A DNA stretch of 63,987 bases, the filler included, from Welwitschia mirabilis (Eukaryota): assembly GCA_051453625.1 (NCBI GenBank). It is 7 parts of one record of this genome, joined end to end, with 100 filler letters (N's around TTAATTAATTAA, not from the genome) between each part and the next. Parts side by side here need not be neighbours in the genome. Positions count along the whole stretch, not along the records: positions 19,104 to 34,323 come from JBOZIK010000001.1; positions 34,424 to 40,923 come from JBOZIK010000001.1; 5 more parts are not named here. One strand, 5' to 3'. A program made the position numbers and the translations under genes. Positions 23,442 to 37,800 of the stretch are shown piece after piece. Under the pieces are notes generated by a model. It was not told the DNA's origin and searched no databases. It saw only the letters and a list, made by a program, of their open reading frames with translations. Position 1 is the first letter of the stretch. The number at the start of each line of letters is the position of its first letter.

Positions 23442-25251
23442 TTCATCAATACTTATATGGTGAATAAGATTATGTCATCATGATTAAGATTTAATGAATA
23501 CTTAACTTTTTAATTTCATTATAAAGTAAGGTTGTACTAATGGTTACTCATTTCATTATTATTATATTCATGATAGATTCTAATGTAATGTTTCATTCCT
23601 AGTTGTATTTATTGAGAAATAGCATAATCCAACTTTATAATATAGAACCACTCTATGATAATTATGAAAATTAGTCTTGTAAAAGATTTTACTATTTTCT
23701 TACTAATTAATGTAGTACAATGAACTAGATTTAAATCTAAATTTATACTTCGCTATCATTCTTCCTCAAGGATAACATGGGTTTAGGTTCAGAATTGCAC
23801 TAGCTAAAATTTAATGCAAGTTACAAATTTAAAAAAAAGAAAACAAGAGAAAGAGATGATTTTAATAATTAGGTTTGAAGTTCATCTTGAGAAATGAAAA
23901 GAGTAAACTAGCTTCAAGGTATTACTAATTCATCCTTAAGTAATACTTTACTCTAATGTTACCTAACCATCTTTTTGCAAAACACTTAAAAACATCAAGT
24001 GCTTTTGATCTAAGTCATGGACATAGTTTTATCCATTATATGATAAATGATGAATTTAATTAACACTCTATTCTTAGAATAATAGTAAAAAGTAAGGACT
24101 TCTAAAGTACTTAAGATCTATGAAATTAAAATACTTAGACTATGTGATCAAAAGAAATTCATACAATTACAATAATCTTGATGATTAAAGTATGTATCTA
24201 AGCATTTCAATTATAATTTTACTCATGAATTGAAATCAAAGAAAAATAATTTAATATATTATAAAGATAAATAACTTTATAGTAAATGAAAAAGAACCAA
24301 GAAGAACTCCTCAGCAATCCTCAAAGACTAGCTTACTCCCCTAAAGGGTTGCTTAGAAAGCCATTAAAAGTAAATACTTTAAGGTTCTACAATTCTCCAT
24401 GCCAAAGATAATACAATGAAGGGTTTAAGGCCCTTCCATAGTGAGATATAAGGGATAGGGATGGTTACAAGCACTTGGCTTATAGCTTTAGGCAAACAGT
24501 TACATTATTACATTAGGTAGGATAGTTTGTCTTATCTTCCATTTGGTGAAGATGCTTATGACAATGCTGATACTTAACTCTAACATGGTACAGTTGCCAC
24601 TAACTTCTAACAACACCATGTGTGTCCACCATCATCTTAAATAGCCCCATCAAATGTCTCTCTATGAATTCATATCATCACGACCATGTGTTATTAAGAA
24701 TGAAATTAACTTATGATGTGGAACTAGATTAGACCCATAATTGTATTTTATTCAAGTTTCTATGATAAGACAAGAATGTGAGTTTGAAGGGAGTATGCAT
24801 AGAAAGGATAATGGTATTAATGGTCCTAGGTACAAGAAATAGCATTTTAACTCTAATGATTATGAGATTAAGGCAAATTCTTTAATTAAGCATAAGTTTC
24901 TTGAAATTGTCATGGGAAAATAGTTAAGTACATAACTAATAAAAAAATCAATAGAAGAAATGTTTTTATGGTAAAATCAATTATATTAATGTCTTTTATT
25001 AAGGTTAACTGGTTATTTAAACTTAATCATAATGTCCATTTTTACATGTTAACAAACCCTCTAACTAGTTTGTTTTTAGTACCTTAGTAAAAGAATGATA
25101 ATGAATGGTTAAACATGGAAAATTATCAAAGTCAAATATGCTCAAGCATAAAAAAGATGTAACTTTGAAAATTATATAAATAATTTTATGTATTTTAGGC
25201 ATTGAAGTGAAATAAATTTAGTGAAAATTGAGATACTATACCTCCTAACCA

Positions 25252-26612
25252 TATTGTGATGCCAATTTGTAGGAATTTGATGGTGTATTTTGAGTACTTT
25301 TGTAGGACATTTAGACAAGTTTTGATGTAATAATGATGACTATGAAAATCTGACAGGATAATTAGTAAAACATGTAATCCTTAGCATTTTTAGTAGTTTC
25401 TCAGGTGTATTCTAACATTGCATATTTGGAAGAAGAACTTCATGATGCAAAAAGACTAACATACATTTGAGAGTAGACAAAAGGGAGACCATCATCCCTT
25501 ATGTCATTCCCATGATAGGTAGGATAATAATAGTAGCACATGGATAAAGGATGTGGGGCTAACAGCAACACATAGAGACATGTGGTACATGGCATCGTCC
25601 GATATGTCATCTCCATGACAAGCAAGATGATGACACTACTAACATGGATAGAAGTTGCAGGACTGATAGCAGGGCATAGAGACATGTGACACATGGTGAC
25701 ATCCCCTATGTCATCCTAATGACAGATGGGATGATAGCTATTTTTGCATATGTTTAGAATAAATACCTTTGCAATTGGGGTTAAGTGACTCATGTGGGTT
25801 ATTAAGGTTTTTTTTTCCTGCCTTTAGGGTTTTTGCTTCTACAACCTCAAATGTAAAATTATAAATACACTTCCCCTCCTTCATTTTTAGGCCATCTTTT
25901 TTACCTAATACTTGTGATGGAGGATCAAAGGGCAAGAGGTCAATCCAGAGCTATAGAAAGGAGGCTTCTTGGTGTTAGGCTAAGTCTTTTCCATTAAGGT
26001 GCTATTATTATTTTTATAAGTGGATGTAATATTCTTGAATATTCTTTAAATTAATACAATTTCGCTTTTCATTCCAATTATATGAATGTCCCTTATGGTT
26101 TACATTGATCATAGTTTATTGTGACGACTCTGTGATTTATCTAGATCGTAAAGGTAACCTTTATTAAGGTTAACCTTGGTTAGTAGTAGATTTGCTATTC
26201 CATTTCAATTACAAATTAAATATTACATATTTTTACTTAGATATATCTCACAGTTTATGTTGGTTAAGAACTAGTTAGATGCTATTATTAATTGATATAA
26301 GTTATAAAAAAGGTAGCCTTCATGATAGAAGGACTAAGATCTAAGTAGAATCCATTTCCATCTTCATTCACTACATTTCATATTCATTCATCTTACATTG
26401 CATTTCTTTATTATTTACTTTCAGTTACTAAAAGACAAAAGACTAAAAAATATCTTTAAAAATTAATTCTCTAACTCTAAGCCTAATGCCTTCATTAGGA
26501 TTATGACATTTGGATGAAATCTCATCTATACTCGCATATGTTTTTTTGCAAGTTATTTAATTTACAGGTTTACCTAAAGAGCTTTAAGATTGCATAAATT
26601 CACATCACAACA
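25252..26612 (+). repeat. 5' LTR (~1.36 kb)
   Basis: TATTGTGAT...ATCACAACA termini, followed by the PBS. Same family as 58263-59172 and 59574-60201 (inverted). Confidence 0.85.
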
Positions 26613-26615
26613 TTT

Positions 26616-26633
26616 TGGCACCGTTGCCAGGGA
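26616..26633 (+). promoter_or_regulatory. Primer binding site, tRNA-Asp type
   Basis: TGGCACCGTTGCCAGGGA vs the canonical Athila PBS TGGCGCCGTTGCCGGGGA. A second degenerate copy sits at ~26884-26900. Confidence 0.85.
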
Positions 26634-29600
26634 AGGTTGCAAGGAGTTAAGAGGATTGTCATTAACCAGATAAGTATCTTGAATCTCTTTGTTTCAGGTT
26701 ATTTATTTGAATTAATGCTGTATTTTTAGTGTATTTTAAGGTAGATTTATTTTCTGTAAAATTTNNNNNNNNNNNNNNNNNNNNNNNNNNNNNNNNNNNN
26801 NNNNNNNNNNNNNNNNNNNNNNNNNNNNNNNNNNNNNNNNNNNNNNNNNNNNNNNNNNNNNNNNAATTCACACAGCAACATTTTGGTACCATTGTCGGGA
26901 AAGGCCACAAGGAGCTAGGAGAATTGTCATTAATTATATAAGTACCTTGAATCTGTTATTCAAGTTATTTATTTAAGTTAATACTATATTTTTAGTGTAG
27001 TTCAAAGTATATTTTTTTTTTCATAATATTATTTTTCATAATTTTTCTTAAGAATCTTGTCATTTTCTCTATCATCGTAATAACCTAGGGCACAATAGTT
27101 TAAAATTTCAAAATTAGTTTCTAATTTTTTTATTTTTCTTTCATAAAAAACTATCATTATTTTTGTCATTTCCATGATAAGAAGGACAAAAATCCTGTAA
27201 ATTTTTCACTTTTGATATTTTCTTTTCCATAAGTTAAATAAACTATCATTCTTTTTGTCGTCCCCATGATAGTTTAGATAACAATCTAGATTTCTTCTAT
27301 CAGAATTTTTGTAGTTTTGGATTTTTGTTATTGTGATCATCGTCCTTCTCATTGTCCCCATGACTAGGTGGACAACAGTTTGCTATTTTGATTTTGGCTT
27401 ATTGTTAGTTGATTGAGCATACAGGGATATGGTGAAGTCTAGTAAAAAGACAAAATATCAGAAAGAACAAAACCTAATTAAAGAAAACATCAGAGAAGGA
27501 TTATTCAACTTTAAGATAAATTCAGGTATGCACACCCTAGGTATGCAAATTCCCAGAATTGAAGAAGAAGATTTTTCTACTTGTGTTGTTTTAGAATCAG
27601 ATTTTGTAAAAGAAAAGTGTAGTATAGAAGTAGATCACATTGTGTCTTCAAACATGTTAAATGTATTAAAATCGTTGCAAAAATAAAAGAAAGTTACTTC
27701 CCTAATACTCTAATTATGATAGGAACTTCTTCCTTGAATGAAAACATTACTCTTAGGAATTTAATTGCTAATAGAAAATGTGAAATTCAAAATTCTTTTG
27801 ATTTACCTCCTAGACATGATGTAGAATTAAGAAATTTAAGTGCTTATCGAACTTTTTTTGGGGAACCAGAGGAAGATCCTTTTCAACATTTAGCTAATAT
27901 TGAATAACTTATGCTTACCTCAAAAAATGAAAAAAAGGTATTAGTAATTGAACTTATATGATCATTTTTCTAGTCACCCTTAGAAGAACAGAAAATGTTT
28001 AGCTCAAAACTATCTCATATAAAAGCCTTAAATCTTGGATTTAAGTACAAGAAGTGTTTATTAAAAGATTTTTGAGTGATAGTTCTATGAGGAAGAGAAG
28101 AAAAGAAGTAACCAAATTTCAACAACAAACTCATAAGAATATGCAACAACTTATGAATGTTTTATAATCCTTATCCATTCCAACCCTATTGATGAATTTC
28201 ATAAAGAAGAGCTAGTAGATTATTTTTATAGTGGATTGAATGCTTCAATAAATAAAGTAATAGATCTTTATTGTGGAGGAAAATTATTAAATTTAGGCCT
28301 ATAAAATGCATAGAGTATGCTAAAAGATTTAGTAGAAATAAGTTAAACTTGATCTAAACCCACTAAAGAAAATTGCACTGTAGGATAAATTCTAAAGGAT
28401 TTAAAAGAAGTAAAACATGACAAGGAAGAAGAAAGGAAGGACTCAATCAACCTAATGAAAGATTTTACTACTACTTTAGAGAAGTATACATAACTGATAG
28501 TTGATGTAAAGGTAGTAAAGAATGAAAACTCAATTTCAAAGTGTGAAATTTGTGAAGATGATTCTCATCCAACAAAAGAATACCCTTTGTTACCTACTTG
28601 TAAGGAAAATATGTTTGAGGAAGTGTGTGCCTTCAACCAAAGAATACCTAAATTTAAAAACCAGCCACAANNNNNNNNNNNNNNNNNNNNNNNNNNNNNN
28701 NNNNNNNNNNNNNNNNNNNNNNNNNNNNNNNNNNNNNNNNNNNNNNNNNNNNNNNNNNNNNNNNNNNNNNTTTTCAAGTAGATTTATTTTTTTGTGATTT
28801 TATTTTCCATAAATTTTCTTAGGAATCCTATTATTTTCTTTGTCATCTGAATGACATAGGACACAATAATTTAAAATTTTAAAATTAGTTTCTATTTTTC
28901 ACAATTTTTCTTTGTTTTTCTTCATAATAAACTATTGTTTTATCTATCATCCCCACAACCAGAAGGATGACAATCCTAGAATTTTCTATATTTTTGATAT
29001 TTTCTTTTCTATAAATTAAATAAATTGTTGTTCTTCCTATCATCTCCATGATAGTCTGGATAATAGTCTAATTTCTTTTTGTCAGAATGTTTGTAGTTTC
29101 AGATTTTTATTATTGTGATCATCGTCCTCCCTGTCATATTCATGATTAGGTAGACGATGGTCTGCTATTTTTTATTTCATCTTTTTTTTGGCTATTTCAG
29201 CATGTAGGAATATGGTAAATTCTAGTAAGAAGACAAAATATCAGAGAGAATGGAACTTAATTGAAGAAAATATTAGAGAAGAATTATTCAACTTTGAGCT
29301 AATCCAGGTACACATCCCATGTATGCAAATTCCCAGAATTGAAGAAGAAAAATTTTCTACTTTTATCATTTTAGAATCAAATTTTGCAAAATAAAATTAT
29401 AGTATAGAAGTAAATATTATCATTTCTTCAAATATGTTAAACATATCGAAAACATCATAAAACAAAAAAGAAAGTTGCTTTATCTAATGCTTCAATCATA
29501 ATAGAAACTTCTTCCTCTAATGCGAACATTACTCTTAGGGATTTAATTGCAAATAAAAAACATGAAATTCAAAATCATTTTGATTTACCACCTAGATATA

Positions 29601-32600
29601 ATGTAGAATTAAGAAATTTAAGTATTTACTCAACTTTTTTAGGGGAAATTAGAGGACGACCATTTTCAACATTTAGCTGACATTGAATAACTTATGCTTA
29701 TCTTGGGAAATGGGAAGAAACATATTAGTGATCATACTTATAAGATTATTTTTCTAGTCACACTTAGGGGAAGATAAAAAGTTTGACTCAAAACTATCCC
29801 ACATAAAAGTCTTAAATCTTGCAGTCAAGTGTAATAAGTATTTAAAAAAGAGTTTTGAGTGACAATTCCATGAGGAAGAGAAGAAAATAAGTAACCAACT
29901 TTCAACAAAAAACTCACTTGGATTATGTAATAGCCTATGAACTTTTCATAATTACTAGCTATTCCAACCCTATTGATGAATTTTGTAAAGAAGAGCTAGT
30001 AGATTATTTTTACAGTGGATTGGATGCTTCAATAAAGCTATTGGTAGATTTTTCTTGTGAAGGAAACTTATTGAATTTAAGCCTAGATGATGCTTGGAGT
30101 GTGCTAGAAAATTTGGTAGAAGTTAAACTTGGCCTAAATCCACTAAAGAAAATTGCACTATAGGACAAAATATAAAGGATTTAAAAGAAGTGAAACATGA
30201 CAAGGAAGAAGAAAGGGAGGACTCAACCAACCTAATGAAATATTTTATAACTACTTTGGAAAAATATACATAAATGATAGTTAATGTAAAGGTAGTAAAA
30301 AAATAAAATTTTAAATTATAAAATTTGTGAAGATGACTCTCATCCAACAAAAGAATGACCTTTGTTACTAGTTTGTAAGGAAAATATGTTTGAGGAAGTG
30401 TGTTCTTTCAACCAAAGAACACCTAATTTTAAAAACCAACCACGATCCCAACAAAGATTAGGTGGGCAATCTTGATGAAAACCATATGAAAATAGATTCA
30501 ATAACTCTAACTTACAACCTAATTTTCAACAAAATTAGAATGATCCACTTAGAGAATCTATAGAGGAGATGAGAAAAGTATAGGAGAAAACTAAGAGCAA
30601 TATTAAAAACTTGGTAACTATGATTAAAAAAACAATGCTTACTAGCGAAAGACCACAAGGGTCTCTTGCATTTCAACCAATTCCCAATTCAAATGAAATT
30701 AGAAGGGATTTAAAAATAATGATAAGAAGTGAAAAGGATATAACCCTCCTAACTATAAGGTTCAACTTCTAAACAAAATAATGAAATAAATGGGGAAGAT
30801 GATGTGGAAATTTTAGATTCTTAAAATTTTCCATTTACATCATCTACTAAGGCCTCCACTAAAATAATTTAAAAGAAAACAAAAGAAATAAACCATATAC
30901 ACTTATCTTGATAAATTGAACACAAATCCTACCTTTGATGAATACCTAAAAGCTTTGATGCAAAAAGTCAATATCAACCTACACTTTTGGAAACTTTTAC
31001 AAGAAAATCCCAAATATTTTGGAAACTTTTACAAGAAAATCCCAAATATTCTAACTTATGGAAAGATTTATAAAGAAGAAAGAAAAAAATGTATCATTCC
31101 TAGCAAAGTTTTTCGTGCTCAATATCTTTCCAACTTAGTCATGCAAAAATATTATAAATTTAAAGACCCAGGGGATGCAACTATAATTATTACCTCAAAG
31201 AAAATAAAAGAATTCAAAAATATTTGATTGACATAGAAGCAAGTGTAAACATATGCCTCTTCACATATGTAAAATACTTGGATTAGAAAATAGAGTTGAA
31301 CCTACACCTATCATCTTAGAATTAGCTGATACCTTAATCAAGAAACCATGGGGAATTATCAAATACCTAGTTATCCAAATTTAGAAATCTTTTTATCCCA
31401 TTGATGTTGTCATAATTGAGATAGAATATGATAGAGAATATCCACTACTTTTAAGAAGAGCCTTTTATGCAACTGCCCATTATATCATTGACACATGATC
31501 TAGGATGATAGAATACCATTTTAATAATAAATAAATTACCATTAGAGTCTTTGATACTGTTGAGAAAGACATAGAAACTGAGTTTAACATTAAAGATGAA
31601 TTGAAACAAGCCTTGTTTTTACAACATCGACTAATAAAAGAGAGATTAATCATGTTACATGAACCAACTTTATATGATGAACCCAGTGAAATAAACTATC
31701 TTGAGTCTGAGGATGAATAACACATAGAATTGGAAGAAGCTCAACATCTTTACTCAATAGAAAAACTTTTTAAAGAGTATTGTTCCATGTTTATCATTCC
31801 CATAACATTTGGAATGATAGAACCGCATATCACCCATGAACTGAAGAAATTATTCCAAGGATTAAAATATATTTTTCTTTTTAAAAATCAAATACAACAT
31901 TTGATAATCAGTGACCTTCTCAATTTCAACAAGAATCTAATTTGATCTCACTTTTAAATTCAAATAAAAATGCCTTTGCTTGGATACATAAAGACTTAGA
32001 TGCCATTCCTCTTTCTATAGTTTNNNNNNNNNNNNNNNNNNNNNNNNNNNNNNNNNNNNNNNNNNNNNNNNNAAGAAGACTAAATTTGATCCTTAATCAA
32101 ATTGTCAAAGATGAAATCATTAAACTTATGGAGGCTGAAATTATATATGACATATCCGATAGTGAGTGAGTTAGTCCTTTAACAATAGTTTCAAATAAAA
32201 TGGGAATATGCATTGATTTTACAAAAATTAATGAGGTCACTAAATATGATCATTGCCCTTTACCCTTTCTTGATCAAGTTCTTAATAGAATCCAAGGTTA
32301 TGCCTACTATTATTTTCTTGATGGGTATAGTGGATATAATTAGATTTTAGTAGTAAGTAAAGATGAAGCTAAAACTACTTTCACCTCTTTCTTTAAAACC
32401 TTTGCTTTTAAACAAATGCACTTTGGACTTTGAAATGCCTCTGGAACCTTTCAACGAGCCATGATGGGAATTTTTTCTGATATGATAGAAGACTCTATTA
32501 AAAGTTTTATGAATGAATTTTCCATCTTTGATGATACTTTTGAACAAACTATTATGAGATTAGAAAAATTCCTAGATCGATGCATTGAAAGGGGTTTATA

Positions 32601-34423
32601 CTTGAATTAGGAAAAGAGTTTTCTCCTTGTCTAACATGGAATTATTTTAGGTAATAACATTTCAAAAAAAGGGATTATGATGAGCCCAACAAAAGTGAAT
32701 ATCATTAAAAACCTTAACCCTTCAACTAATATCAAATAAGTGAGATCTTTCCTTAGACATGTTGGCTTTTATTGACAATTCATTCATGATTATGTTAAAA
32801 CTTATAAACCTATCCACTTCTTACTTAAAAAAGATGTTAAATTTAATTGGAATGATTCATGCCAACTCACTTTTGAAACCCTTAAAGAACACATCTTTTT
32901 TAAACCTATTGTCATGAGTCCCAATTGGAACAAAGACTTTGAACTTATGTGTAATGCAAGCAACATTATTATAGGAGGGGTTCTTGGCCAAAAATATAAA
33001 AATGATTTCAAAGTCATATCTTATTTTAATAAAATTTTGTTAAGTAACCAATCTAACTATACTATCATTAAGAGAGAAATGCTTGCTATTATTTTTTGCT
33101 TAGATTATCTTCAAAATTATCTTCTTGTNNNNNNNNNNNNNNNNNNNNNNNNNNNNNNNNNNNNNNNNNNNNNNNNNNNNNNNNNNNNNNNNNNNNNNNN
33201 NNNNNNNNNNNNNNNNNNNNNNNNNNNNNNNNNNNNNNNNNNNNNNNNNNNNNNNNNNNNNNNNNNNNNNNNNNNNNNNNNNNNNNNNCTTTCTCCCATG
33301 ATGAAACTCCCATTAATGACTTCTTTTCTAATGAGTAACTTTTACAATTAAACAACTATATGTTATCTCATCTTCTCACCTCACTCCTTGGTATGTTGAC
33401 ATCATGAATTATCTTATGGATATGAAAAATCCTTAATAGTGGAATCATAATCAACATAAAACTTTTCTTCATAGGATCAGTGATATGAATGAAATGTACC
33501 CCATCTTTATCGACATTGCAAAGTTTAAATTATACATAAATGTATGCTTCAATGAGAAACATTAGAAATCTTAATACTTTGCCAAGGTGAAATATGTGGA
33601 GGACACTTTAGTGGCCAAAAGATCACCATGAAAATTCTTCACTCTAGTTTTTATTAGCCTACTCTTTTCAAAGATTCATTTGACTTTTCTAGGAAGTGAA
33701 ATGCATGTCAACGCTATGGTAGCCTAACTCATTCTCATGATATGCCCTTCAAACCCATACCTGAATGTGTACCTTTTAATTATTGGAAAATTGACTTTGT
33801 AGGCCTAATTCCACTACCTTCTAATGAGAAAAATTATATCCTTATCACTATGGGTTATGTTACTAATTGGGTAGAAAATGTTCCTACTACCAAAATGATG
33901 CCTAAACCATGTACAACTTTGTTCAGATGCATATTTTTCAATGATTCAGTTTTTTACACATTAGTATTAGTAATCAATGAACTCATTTCTTAATTACCTC
34001 TTTCAAAAACTTCTTTTATCTATTGGTGTTGAACATATAATTGATTGTGACTATCATCCTCAAACTAATGGTCAAGCTGAAAATGCAAATTGAGAAATAA
34101 AAAAAAATGCTTCAAAAATTAGTCTCTGTCAATAAGAAAACTTGGTCCTCTAAACTTAATAATGTTCTTTGGGTTACTATACCACTTAAGGTAACTCTCT
34201 AGGCTTCTCACCCTATGAACTTGTGTAGGGCAAAGTGTGTGTATGTTACCATTTGATGTTTGCTATAATTCTTATCAATTCACCCATTAACTTAACCTTA
34301 TTGATTTAAATGAAAATCTTAAANNNNNNNNNNNNNNNNNNNNNNNNNNNNNNNNNNNNNNNNNNNNTTAATTAATTAANNNNNNNNNNNNNNNNNNNNN
34401 NNNNNNNNNNNNNNNNNNNNNNN

Positions 34424-34846
34424 TTATACAATCTTGAAGTCCTTAAATAAACCTATAAATCATATAACTTGCAGAAAAACACACACTAGTATAGATGAAA
34501 GTTCACCCAAATGTAATAATCCTAACAAAGGCACTAGGATTAGAGTTATAGAATTGATTTACAAAGGTAGCTTTTGGTATTTTATCTTTTGCTTAACTGA
34601 ATGAAAATAGTAAAGCAAATGCAATGCAAAATGAAGATAAAATGCAAATAAATGGAAATAAAAATAAGATGNNNNNNNNNNNNNNNNNNNNNNNNNNNNN
34701 NNNNNNNNNNNNNNNNNNNNNNNNNNNNNNNNNNNNNNNNNNNNNNNNNNNNNNNNNNNNNNNNNNNNNNNACTGAATTGAGTTCCTGTTCCCTGCAAAA
34801 CACCATCAATTACACCATTAAAACATGATAATTTGGGATCGCAACA
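34424..34846 (-). repeat. Athila-like LTR fragments (probably a solo LTR split by a gap)
   Basis: Ends GGGATCGCAACA at 34846; 34772-34846 matches the reverse complement of ~61972-62045. Confidence 0.7.
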
Positions 34847-37800
34847 GTATATTAGCTTCCCTTGAGTTTGATATCCCTGTTAAAATGATATGACTAACAC
34901 ATCTCATATAGTCTTTACATTACTCCCTCTTTTGGTGTCATTAATTCTAAAATAAAAAAATTAATACATAAAATTACCCATAAAAAACATGTGAATAGGG
35001 TAATAATAATAAACATACATAATGAAAATAATAGATTATTATATTAACCATTAAACAAAAAGATGATTTAGATATTTATCAGTCTAGAGTACATAAGAGG
35101 GATCTTATACTAATAAATATACAAACATAATAGACAGAAAGACATAAAGACATAAAGACATAAGAGAAAATACTAGAAGAAGACACAAGAAAGAGAGAAA
35201 GTGGAAGACACATTTAGATAGATTCCATCACATTTTCCCACTATTACTATTGTTGCAAGAAGTGGATGTCATCTCCAAACTGAAATCAATAAGAGCCTTC
35301 TTTATCTTAAATAATTAAGATAAAATCCATTTGAGTCATTTACTAGTTGAGGAGGTATCCCTTGAAGACTCATTAAGTCACATGTAATTGAATCGCCTAG
35401 CAAGAAAATAAGTCAAGTTCTTAGGATTAGTACCTTTTATAATTTTCACCTAGATGAGAGAGGACTCATCAAATGGATTTGGTGGTTTTAGAATTTCATA
35501 TCTAACTTTTGGTAGAATTGCCTGATCATGATACATCTTAGTAATAAGACCTCCATATGGTAGTGTTACTAAACTCATAGATCTATAGGAAGCCATGTTT
35601 TGCAAAATTAGATGAGATAAGTTGCGTTAAATTCTTTGATCATAATAATACATAAGCACATAGAAGAGACACTTCATCCATGTGGCCAGGCTTTGGAATG
35701 AGATTGCTAGAAATAATGCAAAAAAGTACCTTAAAGATTGGCTTCAAAAACCAAGTGAGAATGTTGTCTACCATTCCTTTTATCTTTTACACAATACTTC
35801 ATTGAGTTCATTTCTAGAAACTAAACTATCTAAAATTAAAACTAAAAATACATGCACATATTCTACATAGTCTAATGAAAACCTAGTAGCATAAAAAATC
35901 ATTTCAAGATCAATCTCAATCTCAATACCATGTAGATTTGAAACAAACTAATTTTTCTCATGCTGATAGAAATCATTACAGTAAAAATATGAATCAAATT
36001 CACTAAAACATGAGTATGAGGGTTTAGAATATAAGTTCAATTTAACTCTTTCAACTTGGGCAAAAGATTGAAATAATTTCTGAAAGTGTCATACAAAATA
36101 ACCCTCTTTGAAGCAAGAGGATTCTTATTGAAGCTTTGAGTTCACATTGCCTTTTCCCTAGGAGTTATAAAAATGGGCTCTGCTTTCTCACCTTTACCTC
36201 TATCTTTTCTTGGAACTAGAATCTTCTATGTTGGCATGTTAGAAATGAAAAATAACAAGGAAAGAAACAAGCTATTGAAGAAGGGGTAAAAATTAAGAAA
36301 ATAAGCTAAGAGACAAACACTTACTTTTGAAGACTAGAGCACTAGAAAATGTCAATATGAGACAAAATAAAAGGGGAATGATAAAATTTATAAAGATGGA
36401 TAATTTAGGAGGGTTCGACAGAATAAAATGTAAATTTGCATTTCCCAGATGCATCGATGGCTGGCCTTTTAATTGATAGATGTTCAGCCTCCATTCATCT
36501 TAAGACCCACTCTTAGATGGGTAGACATTCAGCCTGTAGAGGAGATAAACATTTGGGTTCCTAGAGTATTAGAAAGGCCTAATGACAAGAAAGAAAATGA
36601 CAGGTTTAAACAGAAATAAAATCAAAATCACAAATGATATAGAAATGGTAAAATTATGCTTTTAATGCATTAAAAAACTTGATAAGGTGTATAAGTTTTA
36701 GTATTAAAGTTAAAAAATCATACCTTACTTGGACATTTTCCTATGTCCAACTCAATCTTTAAAAGCTTAAATATTACTTCTAAAAGAGGATTAGCCAATA
36801 GGTTGGCAATCTATTTGTCTAATCCATCCTTGCTGATTTTTGTGGATGTGGACATGGGATTGCAATCCTCTATTACTTGATTGAGTTTGTACATATTTAA
36901 AGGATCCTTAACATGCTTAGATTGGATAAAAAAATATCATTCCTAAGCTATTTATAGCATAATACTAAGAAGAAATTAAGCTCTCCATGCATTCTCATTT
37001 CAAATTCATTATGCGTAACCTTAGATAATTCAAGTACTAGTTTTTTATTGGTAGTCCTAAAATTTCTATAATTAGACTTGTCTTTCTTAATGGTGAGGCT
37101 TTTTCATTCTGAATCTTTCCATAAAGATGACAAAGCTTACCAAAAGCATCAGGTTTAGAAAGCAAAGATTCAATCCATATATAGGAAATAAAATCACCAA
37201 TCATCATCATAAAATATCTTTTACCACTTAGAATTTGAGCTTTTTTAAGCCCTACTAAATCTAAGTGCAATAAATCTAGATGTCCTTATGAGGATACCTC
37301 AGGCTTGGGTTTAAAAAAAATATTTTATGATTTTACTTACTTGATAATATTCATACAAGTTAGAATTTGAATAGCTAAGTTTAGCTAAATCTCTAATCAA
37401 CTCTTATTAAGAGATGGTCCTTAAGTTTGAAACATTTGAATAATAAATCCTTCTATCTTAAATATAATCTTAACATTCTAAAATAAATAACACATTTATT
37501 TATCATTATATTTGCCTCCTATAGAATACAAGTTTCCTATACGATGGATAATTAGTTTCTTATTACTAGAAATACTCTTTACCACACACTTATTTTTGTT
37601 AAAAATAACTATGTTCCCTTTATCACACATTTGATTAGTACTTAAAAGATTGTTCTTAATGTCATCTACATATAAAACATCATCAATTTTTGGAAGATCA
37701 TGTTCACAAACCATACCTTTTCCCTTAATGGCTGCTTTTTGATTGGCACTAAAGAAAACCTCTCCTCCATTATAGTTGATAAGTGTGTGAAACCTTCTTC

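Larger units (their letters stand above)
25252..34320 (+). mobile_element. Athila-like Ty3/gypsy element (5' LTR, PBS, gag, PR, RT, RNase H, integrase), degenerate and 3'-truncated at a gap
   Basis: LTR 25252-26612 and PBS at 26616-26633. Gag FFGEPEEDPFQHL; PR region KFKDPG...LIDIEASVN; RT FLDGYSGYN and MHFGL*NASGTFQR; RH FELMCNASNIIIGGVLGQ; INT CGGHFSG, WKIDFVG and YHPQTNGQAE. Confidence 0.9.

Noticed and set aside
24700-25250. Possible DNA-transposase (hAT-like) remnant
   Set aside because: Only a weak few-residue resemblance, with no sustained frame or terminal repeats.
25252-25260. Non-canonical TA LTR termini (also 59172, 60201)
   Set aside because: Explained by G>A decay of TG; the opposite end keeps CA, and two of the three copies are duplicates of one insertion.
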